The translations under genes and the position numbers were made by a program. A DNA stretch of 64,000 bases from Macrostomum lignano. Taxonomy: Eukaryota. Every line of letters begins with the position of its first letter. The first letter of the stretch is position 1. Of this stretch, positions 1-11,046 are shown one piece after another. Location: NCBI GenBank assembly GCA_002269645.1, contig NIVC01003378.1, positions 36,878 through 100,877 on the forward strand. Reading direction: 5' to 3'. The notes under the pieces were generated by a model. It saw only the letters and a program-made list of their open reading frames with translations. It did not search any database and was not told the DNA's origin.

Positions 1-50
1 TTCGGCGGCGCCGGGCTCGGCTCGTTCACTGGTGGAACTAGGTTTATTAA

Positions 51-123
51 GTAGTATGAAGACCCACGTCTAAAAAGAAGCCCGTTCACTGGTGGCAAAA
101 AGACGTGTGCGTCTTCATACTAC
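51..123. repeat. Small imperfect palindrome (MITE-like remnant)
   Basis: gtagtatgaagacccacgtct (51-71) is the near reverse complement of agacgtgtgcgtcttcatactac (101-123); direct repeat cgttcactggtgg at 23-35 and 83-95. Confidence 0.5.
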
Positions 124-422
124 TTGTGTATTTACGCAAAAATTTGGCCTCCAGCCCAATTTCCACAAAAGCCAAATGTAATGTCCTTCTACTCTAGTTG
201 TCCATGAATAAATGTTGGCAATGTCCTAGTTTCCCGCGTTAAATTAGGATCTGTATAAAAGCAGGGCACCATTGGCACATTGGACACCCCTTATGTTAAC
301 AAAAATCGAGTTTTGATCGTTGTTTTGCTTGAATAAATATACTTTGGCTTTCGAATGAAAATGTAAATATTTATTTATAATTGCACTTTTTCATATACTT
401 CTAACAACCATGAGATTGGTAG

Positions 423-814
423 TGTAGCGACTTTGAAATGAAAAAGGTAGAGCTAGGCGGTGGTTCGCCCTTGCTTGCTTCTTTGTTTGGCACTTGAGTT
501 GCTCGAATATCAAAGAGGCTTGGAGCAGATGCTGGTTTAGCTACTGTATATTTATACTATAATTTGTCCTTCCGGAAATTTCTAGAATCATTCTAGTGCG
601 GTAAAACAAACTGTATAGTAAGTATCGTACGCACGGTATTCATATTTTGTATGATGATGAATTACAGTAAATGAATATTTATTGAGTAGAAATATTTACT
701 ACGAGATTAGAAATAGATAGATAAAGAATTTTCAAGAATTTAACTCGTACTGTATAGCAGAAATTTCTGGAAGTAAACATCATACGTTATAGAACTTTCG
801 CGAAGGTCACTACA
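423..814 (-). repeat. 3' LTR of Gypsy-1 (392 bp)
   Basis: tgtagcgac...gtcactaca inverted termini; 770-814 matches 8184-8228 with one mismatch; PPT gcggggggactgt precedes it on the minus strand. Confidence 0.9.
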
Positions 815-989
815 ACAGTCCCCCCGCGGAAGATGGAGTCCCTATGAGTCAGTTGATCGCGGATGAGTATGTACAAGATGAAACGCACTGCATGTAGGTC
901 TGCGGATGAAAATTGTACAATGAGAAAGCGTCAGCTGTTAGTGGGTAAAGAGTTAGTCAAAAGTAGAAATAGTCATTTTTAGGTTTAAA

Positions 990-1885
990 CAAGCTGTTGA
1001 AACCCGCGGATTTTGAACCCGGGGAATTCCAATCCCCGGAACTACTTTTGCATGTATTCTGAAATCTAAGGCCATAACAAACAAAAACTTGTTAATAGTT
1101 AGTAGGATAGAGGTAGACATAAAATGGAGCACATTCGTGTAAAATTAGGATTTGAGGCAAACATTGATATTGTTGTCTGGGGTACTGCGCAGAATGTCAG
1201 GCAATGTCTGTCTGACTCTAAAACATGTATGGGCAAACTCTGGCCTCTCCCTGCCTCTCCCTACGTCCCTTGGATCCTTTAAAATTTCTATCGTCTCTTC
1301 TGTTTCCTCTCTTCTCTCTCGTCCCTCGTCTCTCCTCTCTCATCTCTCCCCTCTTCTCTCGTATCTTTCCTCATCTCTCTTCTCTTTCATCTCTCTTCTC
1401 TTTCATCTCTCTTATCTCATCTCATGTCTCTTCTTTTCTCTCTCCTCTCCTCTCTCCTCTCTACTTTTTCGTTTTCTCTCTCCTCTCCTCTCTCCTCTCT
1501 ACTCTTTCGTTTTCTCTCTCCTCTCCTCTCTCCTCTCCCATCTTTTCTCGTATCTTCCCTCATCTCTCTTTTCTTTCATTTCTCTTATCTCATCTCTTCC
1601 CTCTTCTTTTCTCTCTCCTCTCCTCTCTCCTCTCCCCCCTCTTCTCTCGTCTCTTCCTTCTCCTCTCTATTCTTTTCTCTCTTCTCTTAACTGTCTCCTC
1701 TACTCTCTCATCTCTCCTCTCTACTCGTTCCTCTCTCTCTCTCCTCTCATCTCTTCTTTCCTCTCTCCTCTCTCCCCTCTTCTCTCGTCTCTTCCCTCAC
1801 CTCTTTTTTCTCTCTCGCCTTTGGTCTTTCATCTTTCCTTTCTTTTCTTTTATCTTTTCTCTCTTATCTCTTCTCATTTCTCTCT

Positions 1886-1983
<98 letters not shown>

Positions 1984-3920
1984 GTCTTTCTCTCTTATCT
2001 CTCCTCCTCTCTCTACTCTCTCCCCTCTCCATTCTCCTCTTTCCTCTCCTCTCTCCTCACTCACTTCTCTACATTTGTCTCTCTTCTCTCCTCTCGTCTC
2101 CGTAATCTCTTATCTCTTCTCTGTTCTCTCTACTCTCCCATCTTTCATCTGTTCACTCTCGTCTCTGCTCTCTCATCCCCCTCTTTAATCTGGCATCTCA
2201 GTCTTATATGTTCTCTCACCTCTCTCCTCTGTACTCTTTTCTTTCCCCTCTTTTGACTCCTCACTTTCCTTTCTCCTTACTTTTTTCTCTTCTCTTCCCT
2301 TTTCTATACTCTCTCTCCCTTTCTTCTCTCTCTCGAGTCTCCTCTCTCCTTTATCTCTCATCTCTCATTTCTCATCTCTCCTTCCACCTCTCTCATCTCT
2401 ACAACCTTGGAGATGTAGAGATGTATCTTTATCTCTTCTCTCTTCCCCAGTGGTGGGAGTGAGGAGTGCCCATTTTTTTCGCGCCTACGATTTTTTTTCG
2501 CGCCGCAAGCTTTTTTGTGTCAATCTTTTGTGTCAACTCTCTGCTCTCCTCTCTGCTGTCTCCTCTCATCTGCAGCTCTCTGCTCTCATCTCTACTCTCT
2601 CCTCTCGCTTTTCCTCTCTCCCCTCTTCTCCCCCTCTCTCTCATCGTCCTCACCCCCTCATCTCTCCTATTATCTTTTATATTTTCTTTTATCCCCTCTT
2701 TCGCTTCTCCTCTCTTCGAATCGTCTATTCCTTCTTTCCACTCTCATCTGCCCCTCAGCCATAAGCTGGATTCTTTATCTGGCCACTGACATGGTTGTTC
2801 TCATGCTTTGATCACGTCATATTTCTTGCCAATTCGCAGCCCTGAAAGGAATTTGTGTATCTTCAGCTCTACTGCAGTTTGCATCAGTCTAACAACCAAG
2901 GAAATACGCATTTCTTAGGAGGCCATTTAAATTTTAAAGTACTTTTAAGAGAAACTTAAAATGTCCATGGTGTGCCTAATTTATTAGGGTTGTATTTCAT
3001 TGCATCGCATCGCCTTTTCATAAATCTTTCGCTTTTACAAACCATGCTGGATTCCCTCGATTTGCCAATTGCCATCCACTGTTAAACTGCTGCAGAGTTT
3101 GCCAATACAGAGAGGAGGGCAGTGGTTAGAATTTCTCACTAAACTGTTATGGCTAAACGTAGCCTCTCCACTCTTGGGGTGCGAGAAGGCTATAAAAAAA
3201 GTTATTCCAAAACACTGTACATTTGCTATGTACATTCAGTCCTATCGCCTGACCCTTCGTCTGGCTCTGGGGGAATGAGTGAGTGAGTGGCACAAACAAC
3301 AGAAAAAGCAGACAAACTTCACATGCTTACAGTTTCTTTTTCGGTTGAGTTACAGAGTTGAAACTTTACATTTAGATAGAGAATGAGTCAATGAAGAATT
3401 GTGTCAAGTTGGGAGTCAATCGCTTTACGTGGAGCAAACTTATAGCAGCTGAAAGTTAGCCAATTTTGAAACCCTTTTACACATCTGGGCCCAGATCGGG
3501 ATCGGGAAAGAGAGGCAGGCGGGCGGAGGTTGGGGTGGTTGCTACGCTGAAAAAAACAGCCTAACTTTAAAAGTGCACAGCACCGCTCAGGATTGACTTT
3601 GAGACTCGAAATTTTACAAAATTGTGCCAAAATAGTTAAAGATTATCTGTGTCAAATTTGAAGAGAATCGGTAGAAGTGGAGCGGCGCTATGGAGGATTA
3701 AGTGAAAAAATCGCGCATTTTGAGCAGTTTTTTGTACTTTTAGGTAGGAAGACTCAAATTTAGGAAATTAAAAGGTAGCCTAAGGCATTCTCCGTAGTAA
3801 GTTTAGGGTGGGTGTAAAGTTTGGTGTAATTTGGTTGAGCGGTTTGGGAGTCCATAGCGATCAAAATTGTCCACACACAGACAGACAGACAGACAGAGTT
3901 TTGATTTTTATAGGTAGAGA
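990..3920 (-). mobile_element. Non-autonomous Helitron-like element inserted in the Gypsy-1 integrase tail
   Basis: Minus-strand 5' end A|TCTCTACCTATAAAAAT followed by (GTCT)n; 3' hairpin ccgggga/tccccgg (1019-1039) then ccgcgggtttcaacagCTTG|T; no TSD. Removing it restores RTRSGRRVQ|FKPKNDYFYF-stop. Confidence 0.8.
1250..2760. repeat. About 1.5-kb CT/GA low-complexity tract with a pure (CT)n core near 1887-1977
   Basis: Direct inspection; it accounts for the S/L-rich and E/R-rich ORFs. Confidence 0.95.
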
Positions 3921-6900
3921 TTGCACTCTACGGCCGCTCCTGGTACGTACTGGTGATGGTGGTGGTTGCTGCTGATGAATCGCGGTTCGCGTCCTGGTTC
4001 GCTCCGGCTCTGTCTGCTGCGAACCTGCCTCCGTCGGTGCTGTCGTGCTACGGTCGCTAATGTCGTCTTCCCTGGTGCCCGACTGAGATGTTGATTCCTG
4101 TGGCACCGTCGACTCGCTGTTGGGAGGGTCGGCTGTCGGAGATGCTCGTCGTCTGTCAGGTGCAGACTGCGGTGTTGATCGACAAGGCTTCAGGCGGTCG
4201 ATGGAGTCTCCTGACGTCTCCTGACTCCTGACGTCCTGCGGCTGTTTCGATGATGAAAAACTTCGGCAGTCGCTTCACTACCGGGTAGGGACCTTGGTAC
4301 GGTGCTTCCAAAGGCTTCATTGTTCGGTCGACTCGGACCCAAACCTTCTCGGCTGTCTCGAGGTCGCTCGGGATGTGCTTAGGCCGATCTGGTGGAGGTC
4401 TCGTGTCGTCAAGCAGGTTATCCAGGCGCAGTCGAATCATCTCGGGTGTTGGATCCTCGGCTGTCGTCAGGACGCGCGGCATCATCGGGTGTTCTCCGGT
4501 CAGACGAGTGAATGGGCTTATGCCGTCGTCGTTTGGTGAGATGCGCATCGCAAGTAGCGCTAGAGGAAGATTCTCCAGCCAGGAGTTCCCGCGAGCCTTT
4601 AGAATGGCTTTCAGGGTGCGGTGGGCCCGCTCCACTTTCCCGTTCGTCTGCGGGTGATACGCTGTTGTGCGCAGTCGGTGAAATCCGATGTCCTTAGCGA
4701 CTCGGTTGAAAAACTCGGCTTCGAACTGCGGTCCTCGGTCGGTGACGATGTACAGCGGAACTCCAAAACGCGAAATCCGGGTAGATATGAATGCTGAGGC
4801 TACACTCTCTGCGGTGACGGATTCCAGCGGCGTGGCCTCGATCCAGCTGGTGCTACGGTCGACCATCGTGAGTAGGTAACGAGGAGTGAGACCGCAGGAG
4901 ATGTCGTACTTCCGGTCGGGTACAGGCAGCGGACCGACGATGTCGATGTGCACAACTTCGAGTCGTTTCGATGGTAGGTCGAACGCAGAACTGCCGGCTG
5001 TCGTGTGGCGCCCAATCTTAGTTCGTTGGCAGGTTGCGCACGCTCGACAGAACTGTTTGATGGCATCTCGCATGTTCGGCCAGAAGTATCGGGTTGTTAG
5101 CAGGCTGGCGGTCTTGCGGACGCCGTAGTGGCCAAGCTGGTGGAACTGCCGAATGAGCGGCTGTTGTAGCGAATCTGGGACGACTGGACGAGGATAGTGA
5201 CTGGAGGTATCGCACAACAATGTCTGCTTTCCGTCGAACTCATAGAATCGGCAGTTGTTGCTTGGTTGCATCCCGATTCGTTTCTGCTCTGCGGCAATGG
5301 CTGGCAAGTCGACGGGTTCCTCTAGGGATGTCTCCTCTGCGGCTGCAACCGTTTGCGTCGGCGAACCTCCGGACTCGGATAACCTTGATAGGGCGTCGGC
5401 GACTATATTGTCAGAGCCGCGGATATAGACCACATCGGTGACGTATTCGGATATGATGCTCAGATAACGCTGGTTCCTGTCGGAGGTACCCTGGCTGCCG
5501 CTGTGGAAGGCCTGAACAAGGGGCTTGTGATCCGTAAAGATCGTGACCTGACGGCCCTCGATAAGGCTCCGGAAGTGAAGAACTGCCAGGTAGACTGCTA
5601 GGAGTTCTCGATCGAAAGCAGAGTAGGCTCGCTGCGTCGGCAAAAGGGTCTTGCTGAACAGCCCGAGCGGGACTGGCGACTGACCGTCGGCTTGGTGTAG
5701 AGCGGCTCCCACGCAGGTTGCCGAGGCATCGGTGACCAGGCTGTAGGACGAACACTGCGGGTCGGGATGGTGAAGCAATTGATACGATCGGCTAGCTTAC
5801 CCTTCAGCTGATTGAACGCGTCCTCGTGCTGCGATGTCCACTCGTACGTGCGCGGCGCCTTGAGTGACTTGGTGACCAGGTCTTGCAGCGGTGCAGCGGT
5901 GTGGCTGAAATGCGGGATGAAGCGGCGGTAGAACCCGATTGTGCCGAGGAACCTGCGCAGGGCCTGTGCGTTGCGAGGTGCCGGCCACTCACGGATGGCG
6001 TCAACCTTGGATTCGAGCGGCCGGATCCCGTCTGCTGTTACCTGGTGTCCAAGAAACGTGATTTCCTTCTGCATGAAAGCACACTTGGTGAGCTGGACCT
6101 TCAAACCGTGTTGTTCAAGGCGTCGGAGTACGCTTTCGAGCACTCGGAGGTGGTCTTCCTCGTCCTTGGAGTAGACTAGCAAGTCGTCCACGTAGGCGAG
6201 CACGCCGTCGATGCCACGGAGCACAGTGTCAATGAATCGCTGAAACGTTTGACCTGCATTACGAAGACCAAATGGCATGCGGATCCACTCGTAAAGACCG
6301 AACGGTGTGATGATTGCTGTCTTCGGTATGTCCTCTTCGGCGATTGGAATTTGATGATAGGCTCGCACCAGATCCAGCTTGGAGAAAACCTTGGCACCGT
6401 GGAGATACCGTGTGAAACACTGGATATGAGGCACGGGATAATGATCCGGCTGGGTGATCTTGTTTAGCTGTCGATAGTCTCCGCAGGGTCGCCACTTACC
6501 ATTGGGTTTGCCGTCGTCCTTCTTAGGAGCCATGTGCAGCGGTGATGCCCAAGAGCTCGACGACGGCCGGAGGTACCCGGCTTCCAAGAGTTGCCGAAAC
6601 TCTTCTCGGGCGATGGCGAGCTTCTCCGGATGCAGCTGTCGGGCTTTGGCGTGCGTCGGTGGTCTATCGCTCGTGATGATGTGGTGCTTCGTGTCATGTT
6701 TAACTTCGGTGGCCGGAGGTAGCCTCCCTCCTTCGACGCACGTGAAGGTGCTGCGGTAACGATCGATGAGTGCGCGTACACGAGGATCGCAGTGGTCTGG
6801 ATACGCCAGCGACACGGCGAGTTCATCGAGGTCCACTGCGGTAACCGGCAGAGATGGCGTATGTAGTCTCGTTGTAGGGTCAACTAGTCGACGCCCCTTG

Positions 6901-7249
6901 CAGTCGACGATCAATTCGAAATGACTGAGGAAGTCGTACCCCAGGATAGGTTGTACGACGGATGCGACCAGGAACGTCCAGCGGAATTCACGACGGAGTC
7001 CTCGGATGTTGACGTCGAGCGAGATCTCTCCAGCGACCGGTATCGATGCACCGGTGGCGGTGGTCAGGCGAAATCCGGTCTCCTGAAGGTCCCGGTGGAA
7101 TTGCTTCTGCGGAATTATCGACACTGCTGCGCCGGTATCGACCAGGAACGGGTAGTACTTGCTGTCTATCTTGATATCCACCACCAGGAATTTCTTGCTC
7201 GCCGCCGGGGATGATGCACTGCTCACTGCGGCAAGTTGGGCAGTGCCCT

Positions 7250-8149
7250 CTAGTTTGACGGCTGACGTGTCGGAGAGGCTGACCTGGACTGTGCAGGTGT
7301 CTTTTCGTGAGTACTCAGAATTCGCGGCCGCCTACCACCCAAGGCGGACGGGAAACGACACCACGGTCGGCAGGTAAGCGCGCGTTCACCGTAGTAGATG
7401 TGGGCCCGGCAGACGACCGGACGCTGTCCTGGCTTGAACGGGGTGACGCTTGTCTGTGGCTGCAGTTGTCGGCGTGGCAGTTCGTCCCGTCTGGAGTTGA
7501 TGGTCGGCGGTGGCGTCGGCTGTACAGCGCTGACTGAGCTCGCCGAGCTCTGGTAGCTGACCATGAAATCAGCGATTTCAGCGAGCTTCTCTGGCGATTC
7601 CTGCTGGAAGCCTGATAGTGCGACTCGTAGCTCACTGGGCAGGCAGCGGATGAGAGTCGCCTTGAGCATGTCGGAGCAGGAGCCCATGCCGCACTGAGCC
7701 ATCTTGGCGCTGAGCTTCTTGACGAAGATTGAAGGCTTGTCGCCACCTAGATCGGACGTGGCCAGGATCTCGTTGATCTTCTCCTGCTGACTCTTCTGCA
7801 GAAGGTTGGAGATGGCGGCTTCAAGCGGCTCGTACTGTCGAGGCGTTGATGTCGTGATCAGCATCGACGAGATATCCTCCGGCAGGTGCGCAACCAAGTA
7901 GTGGTACTTGGTCTCGTCCGAAGTTATGCGCGCTAGGTGGAATTGCGACTCTAGGGTCCGGAACCAAGCTTCCGAATTGTTCCGGTACAGCGGCGGAACC
8001 TTAACGGACACGGCGGACACGCTTGGCTCAAGTATCGGTGGTGTATGTTGAACAGGTAGCTGCCCAGTGGGGTTGAGCACCGGGGCCTGGTTGTTGTCGG
8101 CGGCTGCTGCGGCCTGCTGCGATAGCTGCGGATCGCTTTCGTCGGCCAT
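7250..8149 (-). CDS. gag: Gypsy-1 Gag (299 aa)
   Basis: [25 protein letters not shown] motif typical of CsRn1-clade Gag; C..H..YG...C knuckle-like region; ends TCA AAC TAG with pol in the -1 frame. Confidence 0.9.
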   Translation of the reverse strand: MADESDPQLSQQAAAAADNNQAPVLNPTGQLPVQHTPPILEPSVSAVSVKVPPLYRNNSEAWFRTLESQFHLARITSDETKYHYLVAHLPEDISSMLITTSTPRQYEPLEAAISNLLQKSQQEKINEILATSDLGGDKPSIFVKKLSAKMAQCGMGSCSDMLKATLIRCLPSELRVALSGFQQESPEKLAEIADFMVSYQSSASSVSAVQPTPPPTINSRRDELPRRQLQPQTSVTPFKPGQRPVVCRAHIYYGERALTCRPWCRFPSALGGRRPRILSTHEKTPAQSRSASPTRQPSN

Positions 8150-8165
8150 GACGACTCACCGGACC

Positions 8166-8228
8166 AGTTCTATAACGTATGATGAAGTAAACATCATACG
8201 TTATAGAACTTTCGCAAAGGTCACTACA
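8166..8228 (-). repeat. Truncated 5' LTR (45 bp) plus an 18-bp inverted templated segment forming a 19-bp perfect hairpin
   Basis: agttctataacgtatgatg-aagtaaa-catcatacgttatagaact at 8166-8210; only 8184-8228 matches the 3' LTR. Confidence 0.9.
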
Positions 8229-8511
8229 GTAGTATCAACAAGTTTTATTCTACATTTAAATTCATTTCTTATCTTGCTTTATTGTCGAACTACTTTCGGT
8301 ACGTCATTTTCATTTACCTAGTTGGTGCACTTACAGAAAACATAGAAACATTAAATGCCGTTTCTTGTCCTCAATAAACGTTGGAAAAAGTGAGCAGCAG
8401 ACTAGTTGCAGAATTTTATAGCCGGACATGGCATATTTGACAATTTGCAGCTGCTCTGGCTTGTTTACTGCCTTTTCATAAATCAACAGCAATGGTGAAA
8501 GTGAATCTAAT

Positions 8512-8548
<37 letters not shown>

Positions 8549-10941
8549 TGTTAATGTTTGATTTGTTGTTAATATGGACTTTTAAAATCCCCCGTGTCTT
8601 AAATAAAAAAACGAATAATTTTTTAAGTTATGATTTCCATCAAAATGCAATTAATTAATGTTTTAAAAACATTTAAACTCAATAAATTATTTATTCTCTT
8701 ATCAAATAGAATCCAACTCTAGAATATTTTTCAAGGAAGGAATACTAACTATCCTTAATATTCAATATGCATGATAATAAAGCAGTGCATTACTTTTTCA
8801 ATTTAGAGAATCTAACAAGGAAATAAATATAATTTAGTACAGTACCATTGTAAGCAAAAAACCATAAGCTTACAGGTACAATTTTTTGTAAAGATAGATA
8901 CAGCTGAAAAATTAAAATTTGACAAAAGAATACCACAAACACTAAAAATGGGGAGAAAAAGTATAACAAACATTGGCATTAATAAAAAAGTAATAAATAT
9001 TGCAGTTGAGCAAATGAAATTAGCAATTAAACAATGCAATGAGTTAAATGATAAATAACAAAGAAATGCTAAATAACATCTAGCAATGTATATTAAAGCA
9101 ATTGAAGTGCACTCTGAGTTGAAAGGCTTACAACTCATAAAGTACAGTTTAAATGCAATGTAACTTTTTATTTATTTGTAACTTTATAACAATAGAAATC
9201 ATTACCATAAGCAATTGTATGAAAAGTTGCTATTAATAGTCTTATGTACTTTATCTCTACTCTAAGAGCTAACTTTCTATAAATATATATGATTCCTTGT
9301 ATAAAATTAGGGATTCTTTAAAAAATTCATGCTGCAATATGCATATATCACACTCTTGACCCAAGAAAATTATTGAAAGTGGTCAACCAATTAGCACAAA
9401 AAAATTATAGACAGGGCTGTAATGGTGCAAGTGGTGTTTCGGCACACCACTTAAATTTAAATTTAAATTTTTGGAGCAGTTACACTAAAGAAAATTATTA
9501 TTTTATAAAATTAAGAGAGGCTAATAAAATTAGTAGGGCTTGAATTGAATAATATGCTGTGAAGACTCAAACTTGTAAGCCAAGAAGGCTAGAATTAGGG
9601 TTAGCAATTAGGCAATTAGGCAAACTATAGACATTAAGGAATGTGTAGGTATTAAATAAATAAATCATGCAGGTGCTAATAGTAGCTTAAAACCTATCAC
9701 TTGGTCCCTTAGAATGCCATAATTCTGGACATTAGAATTAAAAAATAGTGTTTTACTGATTGGAAACTTGTTCTTATTGGAAAACTTCTCATAAATATAG
9801 AAATATTACTATAAACAATACTAATAAATTTGCCTATTAAAACTTTGTGGCATTTGTAGGATTTTAGAAGAAGGAAGTATACCCTGCAACATATGTGCAG
9901 AATATTTATGTGCTAAAGGATTTTGGTCTGAAATAAATGACAATAATTGTTATGTGAAGATGGTTTATATGTTGTTTATTCAAAGCATCACATACAACTT
10001 TTCAGTAAAAAGACTTCTTGGTCTGTAAGGTAGATTTTTTACTTATATGCTTGCATTTTTTAACTCATAATTTAAATGATTAGCACAATTTCTTAAATAT
10101 CAAGACTTGGCAAATTATTCATAATAATAAAGGTTTTCTTAAAAGGATTGTATATAAAGAAGAGACTGTAATTTGAACTTTCACTGAGTAGCTATTCCTT
10201 TTTTGTTGGTTGAAATCATACAAAAAGTAATTAAACTAATAAAAGAAGAAGCTTGGAAATTATTAATTTAATCATCATCTTACAAAGTAAAAAAAACTTT
10301 TTGGGTGCAATTTTTTCATCAAATAATCTGCCAATGTATTAACTTTTTTAATATAGAAATACTTGCTTGCAAATTTGAAATATCCAAAGTTCGTTCTTCA
10401 TGAAGTAATCCTAACAAAATAAGTTGTGGTTTTTTTATAAAAGCAGAATGCTTCATCATTTTATGGAAAATTGAGTTCTGACTATTAGTTTGATCATTTC
10501 ATATATCAGGCATATTTAGCATTAAATCGGTACGCCTGTAGTACAGAACCTTCGGGGTAGTAAAATCACAGTGTAATAGCATTGCAAGCTGCAGTTTTTG
10601 CATGTGCGATTATTTTAAAAAATCGAATGCCAAATTCAGGACATGTACAAAAAACGATAATACAAAGAATATTTAACAAATCATCTATCACGAAAGCAAG
10701 GATGTCATTTCTATTATTATCAATTTTTTAAAATTATTTAAAAGTAACTCCGCAGGTTTATTCTGCATTTTCATAACTAATTTTGTTATAAAAAAGGGTG
10801 TCCAATGTATCCAATGTGCCAGCTTTTATACACACCCGTTAAATGGGTTAAATTAAATTATTTTGACATAAAATTTGAAACAAACAAACAAAAGCAAGTT
10901 TATTAAAGATTTAAAATGAGTCTTAGGTCTTAAAGGGAGTA

Positions 10942-11046
10942 TTACACCACATTGTAATATGTCAACCAGTACAGAAAGTTGCTAAAGCTCTCTTTTTGGA
11001 TAGAGTTAGTGCCAGAAAAACTCGCCGAGGTGGAAACCCGTCAAAA
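10942..11046 (-). pseudogene. Merlin/IS1016 (IS1595-family) transposase C-terminal relic, 3' half
   Basis: Continues the 17688 fragment: (FD)xHLGEFFWH..ESFSNFLYWLTYYNVV-stop, with a stop and a frameshift. Confidence 0.6.

Larger units (their letters stand above)
957..7260 (-). pseudogene. pol: Gypsy-1 pol (PR-RT-RNaseH-IN), disrupted by two frameshifts and a Helitron insertion
   Basis: [12 protein letters not shown] (PR), YVDDLL (RT), TDAS/ELLAVY (RH), H..GH..C..C and VHIDIVGP/TDRGPQF/E (IN). Frameshifts near 5780 and 4210; tail split between 3921 and 989; stop at 957-959. Confidence 0.92.
423..8228 (-). mobile_element. Ty3/Gypsy LTR retrotransposon (CsRn1-like), defective
   Basis: TG..CA termini, 4-bp TSD GTAG (419-422 and 8229-8232), gag, PR-RT-RH-IN, G-rich PPT next to 815, empty site at about 17481. 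Confidence 0.95.
247..10837. mobile_element. Non-autonomous TIR DNA transposon 'A', copy 1 (about 2.78 kb net), interrupted by the Gypsy at 423-8232
   Basis: Imperfect TIRs GG(A/G)T(C/G)TGTATAAAAGC..GGCACATTGGACACCC at both ends. 247-422 plus 8233-10837 is the reverse complement of 14898-17656. Flanks are gttaaatta (238-246) and gttaaat-gg-gttaaatta (10838-10855), i.e. a degenerate 9-bp TSD. The superfamily (MULE or Merlin-like) is inferred. Confidence 0.85.

Noticed and set aside
1152-2811. Long S/L-rich and E/R-rich ORFs
   Set aside because: By-products of the CT/GA tract, which lacks stop codons by composition; no domain content.
9850-10500. Possible decayed transposase inside element A
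   Set aside because: Short Cys-containing stretches are broken by many stops in both copies; no family motif could be named.
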